From Squalus acanthias (Eukaryota), in contig CM059432.1 in assembly GCA_030390025.1 (NCBI GenBank), forward strand, positions 131,814,001-131,878,000: 64,000 nt of DNA. The letters are read 5' to 3'. Of this stretch, positions 1-10,980 are shown piece after piece. A program made the translations under genes and the position numbers. Numbering within the stretch: position 1 is the stretch's first letter; each line of letters starts with the position of its first letter. The notes beneath the pieces are model-generated. The model was not told where the DNA came from and did not search any database. It saw only the letters and a list, made by a program, of their open reading frames with translations.

Positions 1-1020
1 ATACTACACAATACAAGTCAAAAACTGCAACAGATTGTCTCTTAATTTTGTGTATGAATTTATTGAAATTTATTTGTTCTAATAACCAACTGTTCAAAAC
101 CAAGTTATATGTACAATTCGATGCCAAGCTCCCAGTTGGTATTCAGGAAGACAGCCTAAGATGTTCCCTATTCTGTTTGGTGGCATATTGATGGTGCAGA
201 GCAGATTCACCTTGATAGATTAATGCTCAGATATAAACTTGCGAGCAAGTCATAAGAGGATACTTACCCCAACCATTATCAGTTATTTTTATTTAAGTTG
301 CTCTTCCTTTGAAAAAGCAATTTCCGTGTAATTTAACTGAAAAATATTTGTACCTTCATTGATAAGTCTCTCTGACAATGCAGAAGCCACAACTACCAGT
401 GATGGATCACTAAATGGAATTTAAAATTACAGTCTTGGCATCTTAATGATATCGTGTGCACAAATGTGACGATTTAGGAAAAAATCTGTTTCCAGTACCT
501 TTTCAGCTATTCTCCACGGGCTAATTGCTTTTAGCATAGTCAACTGTTTGAATAAAGACCAAAGTCTGTACAAGACTGTATGGTATTTCAAAATAACAAT
601 CAGACTTCACTTTGATCACATAATTATCACATTCAGTTATGGACTGTTGTAGTTTGCCGATCAGGGTGACCTCAGATTTCAAATTGTTAATTTTCACAGG
701 CAGTCAAAATAGTAAGGTTGGAATTTCATGAATACTGGATCTACTTCATGACGTTGTTTCCCACCTGTGGAGAGAATGCAGGTGAAAATAAATAAGTAAA
801 GATAAAATCTTCAGCTGGCACAGGCATTCAAAACAAACTTTAATTATTTGTAGAATGGAAATATGTTTAGCATTTTCTCAGCTGCCCTTTTAATTTGTCG
901 CTAAAGTATTTAAGTGCGGCACATAACCAAAAATATTCAGAACACACCATCGTGAGTCAGAAAATCACACATTAGACCATTACTAAAGGGAAGAAAGCTG
1001 CTAAAAGTAAGTTAAAACAA

Positions 1021-1620
1021 GAAAAACAGCTTGCATTTGTATAGCACCTTTAACATGGAAATACATCCCAAAGTGTATCACAGAGGCATGAAGGAACTGG
1101 ATGCTAAGTCAAAGGAGGAGTGTTCAAAGAGGAGGGAGGGGGGAGAGCCAGAAGGGTTTAAGGAGGGACTTCTAGAGCATACAACCTAGACAGCAGAAGG
1201 CACGGCTGCTAATGGTGCAGTGGGAGGAGGTTGTAGGGTTGGTGGAGGTTATGGGGATGGGAGACGTGAGAGCATGGAAGGACTTAAAGACAAGGACAAG
1301 AATTTTAAGTCTGAGGTGTTAAAGGACAGTAGATCAGTGAGGGCAGGATGATGAGAAGAACGCGACCTGGTGCAGAATAGGATACGATCAACATAGTTTG
1401 GTGTGAGTAGGAGTTTACGGAGGATGGGAGGCCAATAAGGAGAGTGTTGGAATTATCGAGTCTGGAGGTGGCAGCTGCGTGTATGAGGGTTTCAGTGACA
1501 GATGGGCTGAAGTAGGATAGGCAATGGGCGATGTTACAGAGATGGAAGTGGGTGGTCTTTGTGATGGAGACGATGTGGTGTCGGAATTTCAACTCACGGT
1601 TGAACAGGATTCTGGAGTGC
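1021..1620 (-). mobile_element. L2-type LINE 3' fragment
   Basis: ORF 1305..1622 contains ETLIHAAATSRLDNSNTLLIGLP, like the L2 ORF2 C-terminus. Tail ends in AAAGGTGCTATACAAATGCAAG on the minus strand. Confidence 0.75.
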
Positions 1621-1759
1621 AAATAAAATCAAAGCAAATGATACGATGGAAGTAATTCAGGCAAAATGTCTGGATTGGATGGAATTTAAATAAACTTGAT
1701 CTCAGTTAGTAAGTCATATGATCATTATCAATCATTCCAAATGCTTTTATACATACCTA

Positions 1760-2770
1760 CAATGTAGTTTATTTAGATTTCCAGATAAGTGTTTGAGAAA
1801 GTTCCGCATGAAAGTTTGTAATTAAACTACAAGCCACAGGAATAGTACTGGTTAAAGAAAATGGTTAAAACATAAAATAAGAGAGTTGTACCATTTGACT
1901 GAGAGGAAATGTTGATTAGAATCCTACAAGCTCCGCTAACGTTTCCAGTCTCCATAAATTACATGGATGCTGAAATCAGCTCTAAATTAGCCAAATTTGC
2001 TGATGGCACAAAAATTGGCAGAGCAGCAGAAACAGAGGATGCTGCATAAGGTTTTTGGGAGGATTTAGATAAGTTACGCAGTTGAGCAGAGATATGAGAT
2101 GAAATGTAATGCTTATAAGTGTAAGGCATTATATGTAAGCACAGGAGACTTGGGGACATGAGAATAATATTAAATGTGCTACTTTCAATATCTGGACAAA
2201 TTGTTGAACTTGATTTGAAAAATAGTAACTAGAAAGCTAGGGCATCTAGCCAGAACAATTCAGTGCAGGTTTACAGAAGTTATGCTAAGGTTTTATGATG
2301 CACAAGTGAGACTACACTTAGAATGTGTGTTCAGATTGGTTACTATGCCATTAAAAAATAGTTGCATACTAAAGTGTAGAGAAAAGAGCAACCAGATTGA
2401 TCCCAAATGTAAAAGTGATTAGCTATGATGAAAATTATAGAAATATAAGCTTCACAGTCTTTAAGGAAGCTTGTTAAGGGGAGGTGAATCTCATGAAAAT
2501 ATAGAGAATATTAAATGTTGATAAAATTATTACTTCAACTTAAGCCAAGACAATAAGGCCAGAGAAGATAAATGAAAATCAGTGAAGTAAATTTAGAACA
2601 AAAAACATGGAAAATGTCTTTACTCAAAGAATGTTGTTTAGAATAAGTAAGTCAATAAAGGCAAAAACTTTGAGGTTATTCAAAATACAATTGGAAGCCA
2701 TGGTGGGAGAGTTAATCTACTTAAGTGATAGAGTTTCGATGGGCTGTATGGCCTTTCCTCATCGCTTTTT
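1760..2770 (+). mobile_element. Old degenerate CR1 RT/3' fragment
   Basis: Remnants of VVYLDFQ, KVPH and KFADGTK motifs with many disruptions. Confidence 0.7.
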
Positions 2771-3852
2771 ATTCTGTTCACACCTGCTACTAATACCATT
2801 CTAACTGGCCTGTCATTTTCAGGTACACCTCTGCACTTTAAAAAAAACTGGAGTTACATATAATAGTCAGGTATTATTCTATTCTCATAGAATTCTCCTA
2901 GTAACCACTACAGCTTACCATCTGCATAAAATGAGAAGTTAGCTTAAAGTTTAGCACCCATTTCTGATCAGCCATTGTTTCCCCTCTCTCATCCTTAAGA
3001 GAGCCACTGTTTGTTTAATGTTTACTTTGCTGTGAACATACCCAAAGAAGATTGCATTCATTCTTCTATTTGCCAATATAATTTTCTCCATTTTTCTAAT
3101 GATCCCTGTCTCTAATAATATTTTTAAATCTATTCTTGTCTTCTCTACTTCTTTAAATCTAGATTACTAAAAGTTTTGTGTATTCTGGTAAGCATCTAAT
3201 GTTGATAAGTTTGTGGTGCCACATTGTTAGTGTAGATCAATCAGATTGTTGGAAAATAAAATTAAACTCATTTTCACTTCATTAATCAATATCACAAACT
3301 AAAGTTATCAGGTCGGGGAGGAACACCCATTGGTTCTGTAAAAGTAGTAATATGTCATCTTCAAAAAGTATATTTTGTACTTTGGAATGCCTTGGTTGCA
3401 GGGGTCTGTTCTTGTGGCAATTTGATTTTTCCAGATTTATTTTTAAGATAGTTATGTAGCTGTGCTTATTTTCCCATTTTTTTTGTACTCCCCCCACCCC
3501 CCCTGCACACCAATGGGTAGGTGACCTACTTTCATGTTCTGCCAATGTTGCTTATAACTAATTACCTGGAGGTGTGTGAGTGGCCTAGAATGACTTACAC
3601 TGTAATTTTTCCTGAACTGGAGGGAGATGAGGCCTCTACAAGGCCTGTAGACCTCTACAATGCATGGCAGAATTCCCGACCCCAAGAGGGAGCCTGTCGG
3701 AGTGGTGAGGAGAATCCCGACAATGCTAGAGCAGGGACACTGCTGGAGCATCAGAAAAGACGACCAGGGCTGTTAAAGGGGAAGCATCCTGAAGACTGTA
3801 TCAAGGTTCCCACTAAAAACCTCAGCTGCGACCAAGGCCTTCAATGGATAAG

Positions 3853-4001
3853 CTGTGGAGATGCCGGTGTTGGACTGGGGTGGACAAATGTGAGAAGTCG
3901 CACAACACCTGACTTCACCTGACGAAGGAGCAGCGCTTCGAAAGCTTGTGATTTCAAATAAAACTGTTGGACTATAACCTGGTGTTGTGCGGCTTCTCAC
4001 A
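3853..4001 (+). mobile_element. Short Penelope-like insertion (family A) with inverted tail and hammerhead motif
   Basis: TSD TTCAATG(G/C)ATAAG at 3840-3852 and 4002-4014. Inverted arms 3887-3909 and 3981-4003. Core CTGACGA...GAAA at 3919-3943. Confidence 0.7.
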
Positions 4002-4930
4002 TTCAATGCATAAGTGCCAGGCCTGAATTGGAGGGGAGGGTGAAGGACATGATCTCTGCTTGACACTCACCCAACTGGAAGTAACAGAAACCCCCAAGTG
4101 TTGCATCTTATGGCACAGTGTGTTCGAGTTCTACCTGTTTTCACCTTTTTTCTGATTTATTCATCTCTTCCCCAGTATTAAAGATCTCTTATTGCTTAAA
4201 ATTGTACTTCCGTCCGTTGCCATGCTTCTTCTGCTGATCCTTATGCGCATCTGTCTTGTTGAAAATTTGTTTCATTGAGCATCACATCAAAGATACAAAA
4301 TCAATCTAAAATCCTAAGCATTGAAAGTCAAGTGTTCCAAATTTGCTAATAAAATAAAGGTCTAATGTGTAAACTTTAAAATCGCTTCAGTTTTTTTTGT
4401 CAGAAGGTAGATTTGATGTTTCTTCAGGTGCTTTTTTTTTTGTCATCCAATCCGCATGATATCATTCTTACGAACAGCTAGACTGTGACTGACAGCTTCT
4501 ATTGCAAACTGAACGTGCAAAATGTTGTTCTGTTTGTATTATTTTTAATGAACCAGAAGAGAGTTTTATTTTCTCAAAAGGTGCTATAAATTCCTCTCTG
4601 CACCACATATAGAACATTTGCATTAAATTCCTAGCTGCATTAAAAATAACAAATAGAAAAAAAATTAAACTTCCATGGTAAGTTCATTAGTTTGCAAAAA
4701 TAATGTTTGTATACAAGACGATGATTCCCTGGAAGTTTTTTAGATGATCACTGAAGTTTAAAATTTTTGAGGTGGGGAAAATAAAAGGACTTGTGCCTTT
4801 TCTCGACCTCTGGATGACCTGAAGCACTTTACAGCCAATGAAGTACTTTTGAAGTGTGGTCACTGTTGTAATGTATGTATGTAATGTTTTACCACAGGAC
4901 TAAATTTTTTTAACATTTCTTTTTATTTAG

Positions 4931-4942
4931 GATGACGAGAGG
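4931..4942 (+). CDS. Putative 12-nt collagen microexon (DDER)
   Basis: Long T-rich tract ending tttag, then GATGACGAGAGG, then gtgagt. In frame with the exon 128 nt downstream. Confidence 0.6.
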
Positions 4943-5070
4943 GTGAGTAATATTTACATGTGTCTTAGGCAGTAAGAGAACAAAGTTCAAGCAATTATTT
5001 AAATGCTGATTTTACTGCTTGAACAAAATATCACTTGCATTAAAATCCCTTTTTTTTAAATTTTGGTAAG

Positions 5071-5154
5071 TGTCCACCTGACAGAATGGCACCTAAGGCA
5101 GTTTGTGAGTGCCCATCAGGCCCATCTGGATCACCTGGTCTTCAAGGACGAAAG
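5071..5154 (+). CDS. Collagen exon, non-helical/helical junction (CPPDRMAPKAVCECPSGPSGSPGLQGRK)
   Basis: aag|TGT...AAG|gtaagt, 84 nt, CxCP followed by Gly-X-Y. The 5' boundary is less certain because there is another in-frame AG at 5096-5097. Confidence 0.85.
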
Positions 5155-6325
5155 GTAAGTTCACTGTTCAGTATCAGACAAGTGTGACTTCTCAAAACAT
5201 TTCACGGATTGCAGATTCAACTTTGGCTGAATTTGTGGTTTTGGCAATCTATTCTATTGAAACAATGGAAAGCTTAACTTACAACTATTGCATTCTGCCA
5301 GATAGTTAAGACACAATTCATACTTATAATGTAATAGTAGCATTCTTAACTTTGGATTTTATATTAATACAATATAGAGAGAATTTCTTGGTGCATGTTT
5401 TCCTGAGCCATGTAAAGATTTCAATAGAATGCTGTGACTCACTGGCTCAGATCTTCCTAAGCATTTATTCTGGGTTTCATTAATATTGCCAACTATTTAA
5501 AAGTCTTCCACTTCACATTAGCATTTCTCTGTGTACTAGTCTCATTGATGTTCTGCAATGTAATCCTTTTCACTTCAGACATCCTGACTAGGATTGGGCC
5601 AAAGTTCTGGCAGTGCACTACTTCCGTTTGACCCTCTGAATCTGCCCCAATACTGACCCTTTCCCTGGTTTGGAGGCCATTTGTCATGCATGTTGGGCCC
5701 CTGGCAGGATTCTTGTTGCTGAGAGGAAGCCTGCCAGCGTGAAGAGGAGAATCCCAACAGTGCTGCAGCAGATACATTGCTGGAGTACCAGCAGAGGCAG
5801 CAAGGGACATTAAGTGGGCAGAAGCGACACCAAGACTGTATCAAGGACCCCACTGAAGGCCATGCCCAAGCCCTTGGCATTCAGCAGGTAAATGTTGAGC
5901 CTGAATTGGAGGGAGAGGAGGCCTCTCCAAAGCACGCTACCTCCATCGGGGGGACCTGGGTCCCTTTGCTGCTGCTTCCTGGTGCCTACTGTCACCTTTC
6001 ACATGGCGGCCCTGGGAAGGGGCACTAAGTGGGGCAGGTTGGAGGTAAATCTACATCAAACTGTGTTTAATGTGACTCTTTGGTTGCTTTTCCTGGAAGC
6101 CTAAGGTTAACAAGGAACTAAATGGACGGGAAATTCCTCGGAGCTACTTCCACTCTGCAAGCGTTATTTCGCTGGAAGTGCAGTGGATACAGGGGGCTCG
6201 ATTTTAACCCTCCCCGGCCCGATCCTCCCCCACCCATATTGAGCAACGAGGATGAAGAAACCTGTGTGTGGTATGGCGCAGTATATTGGCGCCTACTAAT
6301 TCATGTGGTTTGTTCCTTTTACTAG

Positions 6326-6379
6326 GGGCATAAGGGAGAACCTGGTAAACCAGGAAAATCAGGAACGGCTGGTGTGCCT
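6326..6379 (+). CDS. Collagen 54-nt Gly-X-Y exon (GHKGEPGKPGKSGTAGVP)
   Basis: tag|GGG...CCT|gtgagt; six perfect triplets. Confidence 0.93.
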
Positions 6380-7206
6380 GTGAGTACTATTCCATTTTCT
6401 ACGTCATCTCTGTATAACGAACAAGTGATCAGTCAGATAGTCTGTACTTTTCTGTTATGTATTGTTACCTTGTGATAAAGCACCGAAACATTGTTTTGGT
6501 TAATATTTTAAGCCAACATGTATTTTCCCCTTTCTGTTTCCTTTTTCCCCACTGAGCGCTTCCCTGTTTCCTTGTTAGCCCTCCATGGATGCAATGTTTG
6601 TCATAGTGTCTCTAGAAATGGGTGATAAACTGGAATTCTAGCTCACATAGTGGGCCCAATGCCAATTTACATCTTATTGAAAACAATGGTCACATTCAAG
6701 TACAAATCAAACTCATTATCGAAATTTTAACCCACTTGATGTAGAATTAAGCACTTTGTGAAATACATCAGAATTTAATAAAATCTGTGACTCCCTAACA
6801 GGAATAATGATGGCAGGAGAGGCCTGATGTGCTACATATTAACCAATAATATCCTGATAATTTGGTTCAACGTAGAACAAATAGTAATAAATAGCTGAGG
6901 GAATGGACGGGAAGGAATCGCCTTTATTAATATACAAAGTTAGCTGTTCATTTTGAGCATGGAAACAATTCTTAGTCTATCTGAACTATAGTTGTAATGT
7001 GATCTGATTGCAAGTGATATAGAAATAGTACACACAATACTGACATTTAACAAGGAAAATTACAAATACTGATGGCATTGTGAATAAACATCGGAATGCC
7101 CATCACGGGATCCCGAACAATTGCCCGGGACGTGGCATATCTGGGGCCCAGCCAAACCTGCAGCCCTTCTTGCGTACTCCTGCCTAAGTCATAGCAGGAT
7201 TATGAT

Positions 7207-7351
7207 CATGATGCGGAGATGCCGGTGTTGGACTGGGGTGGACAAAAGTGAGAAGTCGCACAACACTAGGTTATAGTCCAACAGTTTTATTTGAAATCAC
7301 AAGCTTTCGGAGCGGCTGCTCCTTCGTCAGGTGAAGTAAAGGAATACAAAA
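7207..7351 (-). mobile_element. Short Penelope-like insertion (family A) with hammerhead motif
   Basis: Perfect 12-bp TSD CAGGATTATGAT at 7195-7206 and 7352-7363. Same sequence family as 3853-4001. Confidence 0.72.
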
Positions 7352-7689
7352 CAGGATTATGATGGAAGTGCTGTACATTTTGGGCTCCATATTACTACTA
7401 TGAAAAGAAAAGCATGAGACAATGTAAAAAATGAATGAGAAAAAAATTAACTGATTATTATTGATAAAGCTCAGGATGCTAATCAACATTGTTCCTTCAG
7501 CCATCACACACCAATAGAGTACACAGGGAATTTGCTGTCACAGCTTGTGATCTCATGTAAGTGCTGTGTTAAAATGAGCTCCTTGCAGTCACTACTAGGT
7601 GTGGGTTAATTTATGTGTACAAAGCGGCCAGAATGGTTGCAAACTGTAAATGAAAAAATTAAGGTATTGGGATAAAATTAAAATATAAA

Positions 7690-8587
7690 GGGGGAGAAAT
7701 TCAGTATCGCCCCATTTGGGGCGCAATTATCGGCCAGGCGCAAAGATTAGTGCCTGGCGCTAATTATTGCCTCCGACTGCAAACTTGACTTTTATCGCCC
7801 CAGGAGGTGATTGGAGCGCTAAATCAGGCGCTTCACACCTGTCTTAAGGCGCAAAGGCCGAGGAGCGAGGCGCTACCTCAGAGCGCTGGCAAAGCTCATG
7901 TGATGTCAGTCAGCAATGGAACACACACCCAATGGCGCCGGCCAGTTCTTAAAGAGGGAGGGTTGATCTTGCTTTCCATCCACATCCTGCTCATTGCAGC
8001 CTTGAATCTCGGCCTGGAGAGACCTGTACATCAAATCTGCTGGAAAGAACAATGGAGAGGCCCAGGGAAAGAGCTCAGAGTGCAGCCCCCACAGTCTCTT
8101 CTAAATCGATACAAGGAAGGGCAAATCAAAATGAACCTGCAAAGTGCTGCTCAGTACCCAAAACTCCTTCACACAGCGTTGAATCTCTCCAGAAGTCTCT
8201 CTCTCTCTCTCTCTCTCAGAATGTGTGGTTCAAAAATGTCACCAACAATAAAAGGCAGGAAGCGGTCGCCTTTAAATAGCGCTCCCCCAGCCCCTTCCTG
8301 ACTGCAAAACGCTCCCCTCAACCTGTCGTTGCTAGCGGCAGGCGGTAAGGCAGGGGGCGCCACTCAATATCTGCTCCAGGGCGCTACCGGGGCGTTGCGC
8401 ACTCGACTGGCGTCACGATCTGCCGGCGCAGGAGATCGTGGTGGTAGTGTTTAGCGCCGCCGCAAAATGTCTGGTTAATTTCGCGAGCGGCGCAAACATC
8501 GCCGCGCCCAGGCGCTAGTTGCTTTGCGCCCCATTAGCGCCCTCTTAAGGCGCTAACGGGAGGTGCAACCAACTGAATTTTTCCCCC
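7690..8587. mobile_element. Non-autonomous PIF/Harbinger-type element (MITE), copy 1
   Basis: TIRs GGGGGAGAAATTCAGT / ACTGAATTTTTCCCCC with AAA on both flanks. A closely similar copy lies at 38920-39808. Confidence 0.8.
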
Positions 8588-8769
8588 AAAGAATCCAAAA
8601 TAACATAAAAGAGTTAAAGAAAATTTGACTAATTTAAAAAATGAAATGGGGCCGATATACAGTCTAGGCACAATGAAGGCAGGGGCTGCTGTCTGCAGTG
8701 CTGTTGACTGACTTTGCACTGTGCTGTATGGACGGCTAATTTAAGTAATATCGCAGTGTGCATGGCGCT

Positions 8770-9345
8770 CCTGATGCACAGTGCATGGACATCCTTTCGT
8801 AGGCTGGCATCAGAGCAGTTGTGAATGGACCTGAACACTGTGGAATCATCAGTGAACAGCCCCACTCCTGAACCTTGTGAAGGAGGGAAGATCATTGATG
8901 AAGCGGTTGAACAAAATTGGGCCAAGGACACTGCCCTGAGGAACTCTGACAATTAAGTCCTGGGGTTATGATGATTGGCCTCTGACAATTACAACCATCT
9001 TCTTTTGTGTCAGGTATGACTCCGGCCACTGGATGGTTTTTCCATCAACCTCTGGTTTGCTAGGGCTTCTTGATGCCATAATTGATAGCATTATTGATGA
9101 CTTCTTCCATCACTTTGCTGATGATTGGGAGGAGGCTGATAGAGTGGTAATTGGCCAGTTTAGATTTGTCCTTCTTTTTGTGAATAGGACCTACTGGGCA
9201 ATTTTCCACATTGTCAGGTAGATGCCAGAGGTATAGTTCCACTGAAATGGCTCGTTCTGGTGCGCAGATCTTCGGCACTACAGCTGGGATGTTGTCAGGG
9301 CCCATGGTCTTTGTTGTACTGAATGCATTCAGCTGTTCCTTAATT
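8770..9345 (-). mobile_element. CR1-group LINE family B fragment, internally deleted
   Basis: MGPDNIPAVVPKICAP and LFTDDSTVF remnants, homologous to 44780-49075. Confidence 0.75.
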
Positions 9346-10980
9346 TCACATAGACTGCATTGTGGCTCCCACTGAAGGTCTTGGCCGAGTTCAAAGCCGT
9401 CAGCAGGTGAGTGCTGGGCCTAATTTTGAAGGAAGAGGAGGCCTCTGTAAGGCCCCCTCCCTCCATTCCCAGGCCTGCGGGCTGTTACAGCTGCTTTCCG
9501 GGACCTTCTGCCTTCTGCCATCTTGGACATGGTGGCCCCAGGAAGCAGCTCTAAATTGGTCAGTGCAAGCAAAATCCACTGAGGACCTTCTTCCCTGCCA
9601 CCATTGTTATGTGGTGGGCGGAGAAAGAGTGGCCAGCAGTGGTATGGAGGAAAATCCAGGTCGAATGGTGAGGCGGCAGTAGGTCTCACTGCACTCATTT
9701 TCTCTCATTCTCTGCCGCTATCGCACCCGATTTCAGGTGGGATTGAAGAAGATAATCAGCCCATAGTTTTTGAACTTCATGATTGATGGATTTCATTCTT
9801 TGCTGCTTGTGAATAGGCTCCTTTACCAGTTGTGATTTATTGCTGATTTAGGAATATGAAATTTGATCTAATCACCTGATGCCAAATTTAGATATAGAAA
9901 AGTGTGATGCCTGAAATGTGTTGCGCAAGATCCTGTTTATTTTCATCACTCTATCTCTCTCTCTCCTGTGGCAATGTTGATGGTGAGGTTATACTGTTGG
10001 AAGAGGGTTAGGAATGAGACAGAGGTATACATGACCACTGGAAGGGTTTGCAAAGAAGTTTATAAGAGATGTGGTCAAAGACAGTGAAGTAAGTGTTTTT
10101 TGATTAGTTCCTTGAAAAGTTGAGGCAATTATCATTTTTGTGTGAACTCAAAACGTAGATGCAACACTTTTATTTATGTATTAGATAGAGCAGATCTCTC
10201 AAGACATTACTTAGTGAGTCAAGGTTGTGCTGCTCTGCCTGTTTAAAAAAAAATAAGCTTCTCAAAACTTCCCACAAAATCATTTCAAAGTCCATAGTTT
10301 ATCTTGTTTTCAAAATTTTAGTGGAAAATAAACTTATAATTACTGTTAAAGCCTGAGGAAAATCAGTACTGCACAGGTATCCTGCAGAAAGTGTTATTGG
10401 TGGATGCTGTGAATTTGCTCCATTTTGCACATGTGGCATGCTGGGAATTATAAGCACTGGAGTGACTGGGAGTTGTGGCCAAGTCTCTTCAGATGCCAAT
10501 GATGGTACTGGCAAGCTCATGAACTCAAGCCGTAGGCTTCTCAGAGAAGCAAGGCTTTGGTCAAAAACATTAAATACATCTTACACACAGATAAGACTAT
10601 TGTATAGGTAAATTTCATAATTTCTTGTAAACATTATATTTCTGTATTTATTATGTTACAAAACTTATTCCTGCAACGTTTCTCAGCTAGTGAGAATTTA
10701 AGATGGTGGCTCAAAAGATTTTCAAAAAATATTTTGAATGATGCATTTGGCTCGCGACCTTTCTTTTATTGGTAGATGCTGCTGACTGCCCATTTTTGAT
10801 TCCTAGTCAATACATCTTCTATGGTGGTTTCCATTCTTGTTTGTGATGTGCTGATTGCTAAGTTCTCTATCTGTTCAATTGTGATTTGCTGCTGTTCCAA
10901 AGACCATCATATTTGAGCCGATCAGATACAAGTGTGATGAAGAAAAATGTTCCTAGGATTTGCTTTTAGTGAAGTGCAAC

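Noticed and set aside
1..4900. Upstream TSPN-domain exons of the collagen
   Set aside because: I could not find a convincing spliceable frame by eye; they probably lie before the window.
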